From an uncultured Clostridia bacterium (GTDB taxonomy: Bacteria; Bacillota; Clostridia; Christensenellales; DTU072), in NCBI GenBank assembly GCA_944362765.1, contig CALVTP010000001.1, positions 5,395 to 69,394 on the forward strand: a stretch of 64,000 nt of DNA, read 5' to 3'. The notes below the pieces were generated by a model. It made no database searches. It had not been told where the DNA came from and worked only from the letters and a program-made list of their open reading frames with translations. Shown here in pieces: positions 63,160 to 64,000 of the stretch. A program made the position numbers and the translations under genes. How positions within the stretch are numbered: position 1 is the stretch's first letter; the number at the start of each line of letters is the position of its first letter.

Positions 63160-64000
63160 TTATTCGTAATAGTTTTCGGGATAGCCTTCGTCGAGTCTTT
63201 CGGGCTCTATTTCCAGGTCGCCTTCGGGGGTGACGTTGATGACGGTGGCTCCGCGCTGGGAGACGTCGCCATTGATTCCGATATAGGCAAGGTAGTCTAT
63301 ACTCATGCCGTATGTCAGGCGGATACCCTTATAGGTAAGGCTTATCCAGTTGTAATGGTCGTGCCCGCAAAACACCCATTTGGTGCTTCCGAGCGCCTGC
63401 ATCGTTTCGAACATTTCGTCTTCGAAGTCGGAGGTGCAGGGCTTTTCACCCGCCTCGCCGTAGTGGAAGGTGACGTTTTCGGTGTCACGGAAGGAATTTT
63501 TCCAATATTCGTAGATGGCGTCGCGGTATTCACCGAAGGGTATGTGTATGAATAAAGTGCTGGGGACGACGGCGTTGATTTCTTCTTCGGAGTAGTCGGC
63601 GGCGCCGGAGGCGTTCAATTGACGTTTGATTCCGGCATTTTCGGCGTTAATTTTCGCTACCGATTCGGCATACCATTCTATCTGATTTTCGTGGAGTCCG
63701 TCGTAGTTACCGAGGATATTTATAAGTTGGTCGCCGACGTAGTCGTGGGTGTCCATGAGGTAGAGCGTCTGGCGGATGAGCCCGCTTTCTTCTTCGCGGA
63801 TGTTGATGTAGTAGTTGACGTCGTCTACGCCCTCGGCGCGGTCGACGAGGCAGTAGGGCTGTTCGGCATAAAATTCGTACATCTGGTCGCGGTTGTAGAA
63901 GCTATACGGTTCGGTATCGTGGTTTCCGAGGCATATCGCGTAGTAGACGCCGAGTTTTTCCATCAGGGTCGTCAACAATTCGGCTTCGCGGATGTTGTTG
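63160..64000 (-). CDS. calcineurin-like metallophosphoesterase, C-terminal part; the 5' end lies beyond the window
   Basis: Motifs GNHD (CLGNHDTEP) and GHDH (FCGHDHYN). The reading frame stays open upstream of the ORF-track TTG at 63978 (…NNIREAELLTTLMEK…), so the gene continues past 64000. Confidence 0.8.
   Translation of the reverse strand, partial: NNIREAELLTTLMEKLGVYYAICLGNHDTEPYSFYNRDQMYEFYAEQPYCLVDRAEGVDDVNYYINIREEESGLIRQTLYLMDTHDYVGDQLINILGNYDGLHENQIEWYAESVAKINAENAGIKRQLNASGAADYSEEEINAVVPSTLFIHIPFGEYRDAIYEYWKNSFRDTENVTFHYGEAGEKPCTSDFEDEMFETMQALGSTKWVFCGHDHYNWISLTYKGIRLTYGMSIDYLAYIGINGDVSQRGATVINVTPEGDLEIEPERLDEGYPENYYE

Overview
Densely coding chromosomal window that looks like a moderately GC-rich Clostridia-type Firmicute. 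Supporting signs are GGAGG-type ribosome-binding sites, tsaD-comFC-recD2, a Na+-pumping decarboxylase and GH3/GH2 sugar genes. Left to right: partial murB; a YkvI-like membrane protein; a three-gene NitT/TauT-type ABC importer; a membrane-anchored surface protein and an ArsB/NhaD-type permease; an AT-rich islet with an XRE regulator and a BspA-like LRR lipoprotein; an orphan Lpd-like flavoprotein; an SGNH esterase; an ~11.7-kb arginine/carbamoyl-phosphate operon (argG-H-C-J-B-F-carA-carB, no argD); an oxaloacetate-decarboxylase Na+ pump (alpha, gamma, free BCCP, beta); tsaD-comFC-recD2 on the minus strand; a GH2-like protein; a sigma factor; MFS + hypothetical + GH3 beta-glucosidase; a GlmM-GlmU(acetyltransferase) fusion; a 12.8-kb (4270-aa) surface-protein gene; two divergent orphan genes; a HAD-IIA hydrolase; a lipoprotein; a 1.15-kb repeat-filled non-coding region; an SIS-domain protein; an ABC-F ATPase; and a partial metallophosphoesterase. 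I saw no rRNA, tRNA, CRISPR array, transposase, integrase or recognisable defence genes. Items most worth a second look: (1) carB continues in frame into a full DapF-like domain in which both catalytic Cys are Ser. (2) A GlmM mutase is fused to only the acetyltransferase half of GlmU. (3) The 58.9-60.1 kb intergenic region holds three copies of a ~130-bp TIR/hairpin element, a 44-nt long-range inverted repeat and a hairpin-dense segment. (4) The giant N-terminally anchored adhesin-like protein. (5) Promoter geometry at several genes predicts leaderless mRNAs. All functional calls rest on motif-level reading of the translations; no database search was possible.
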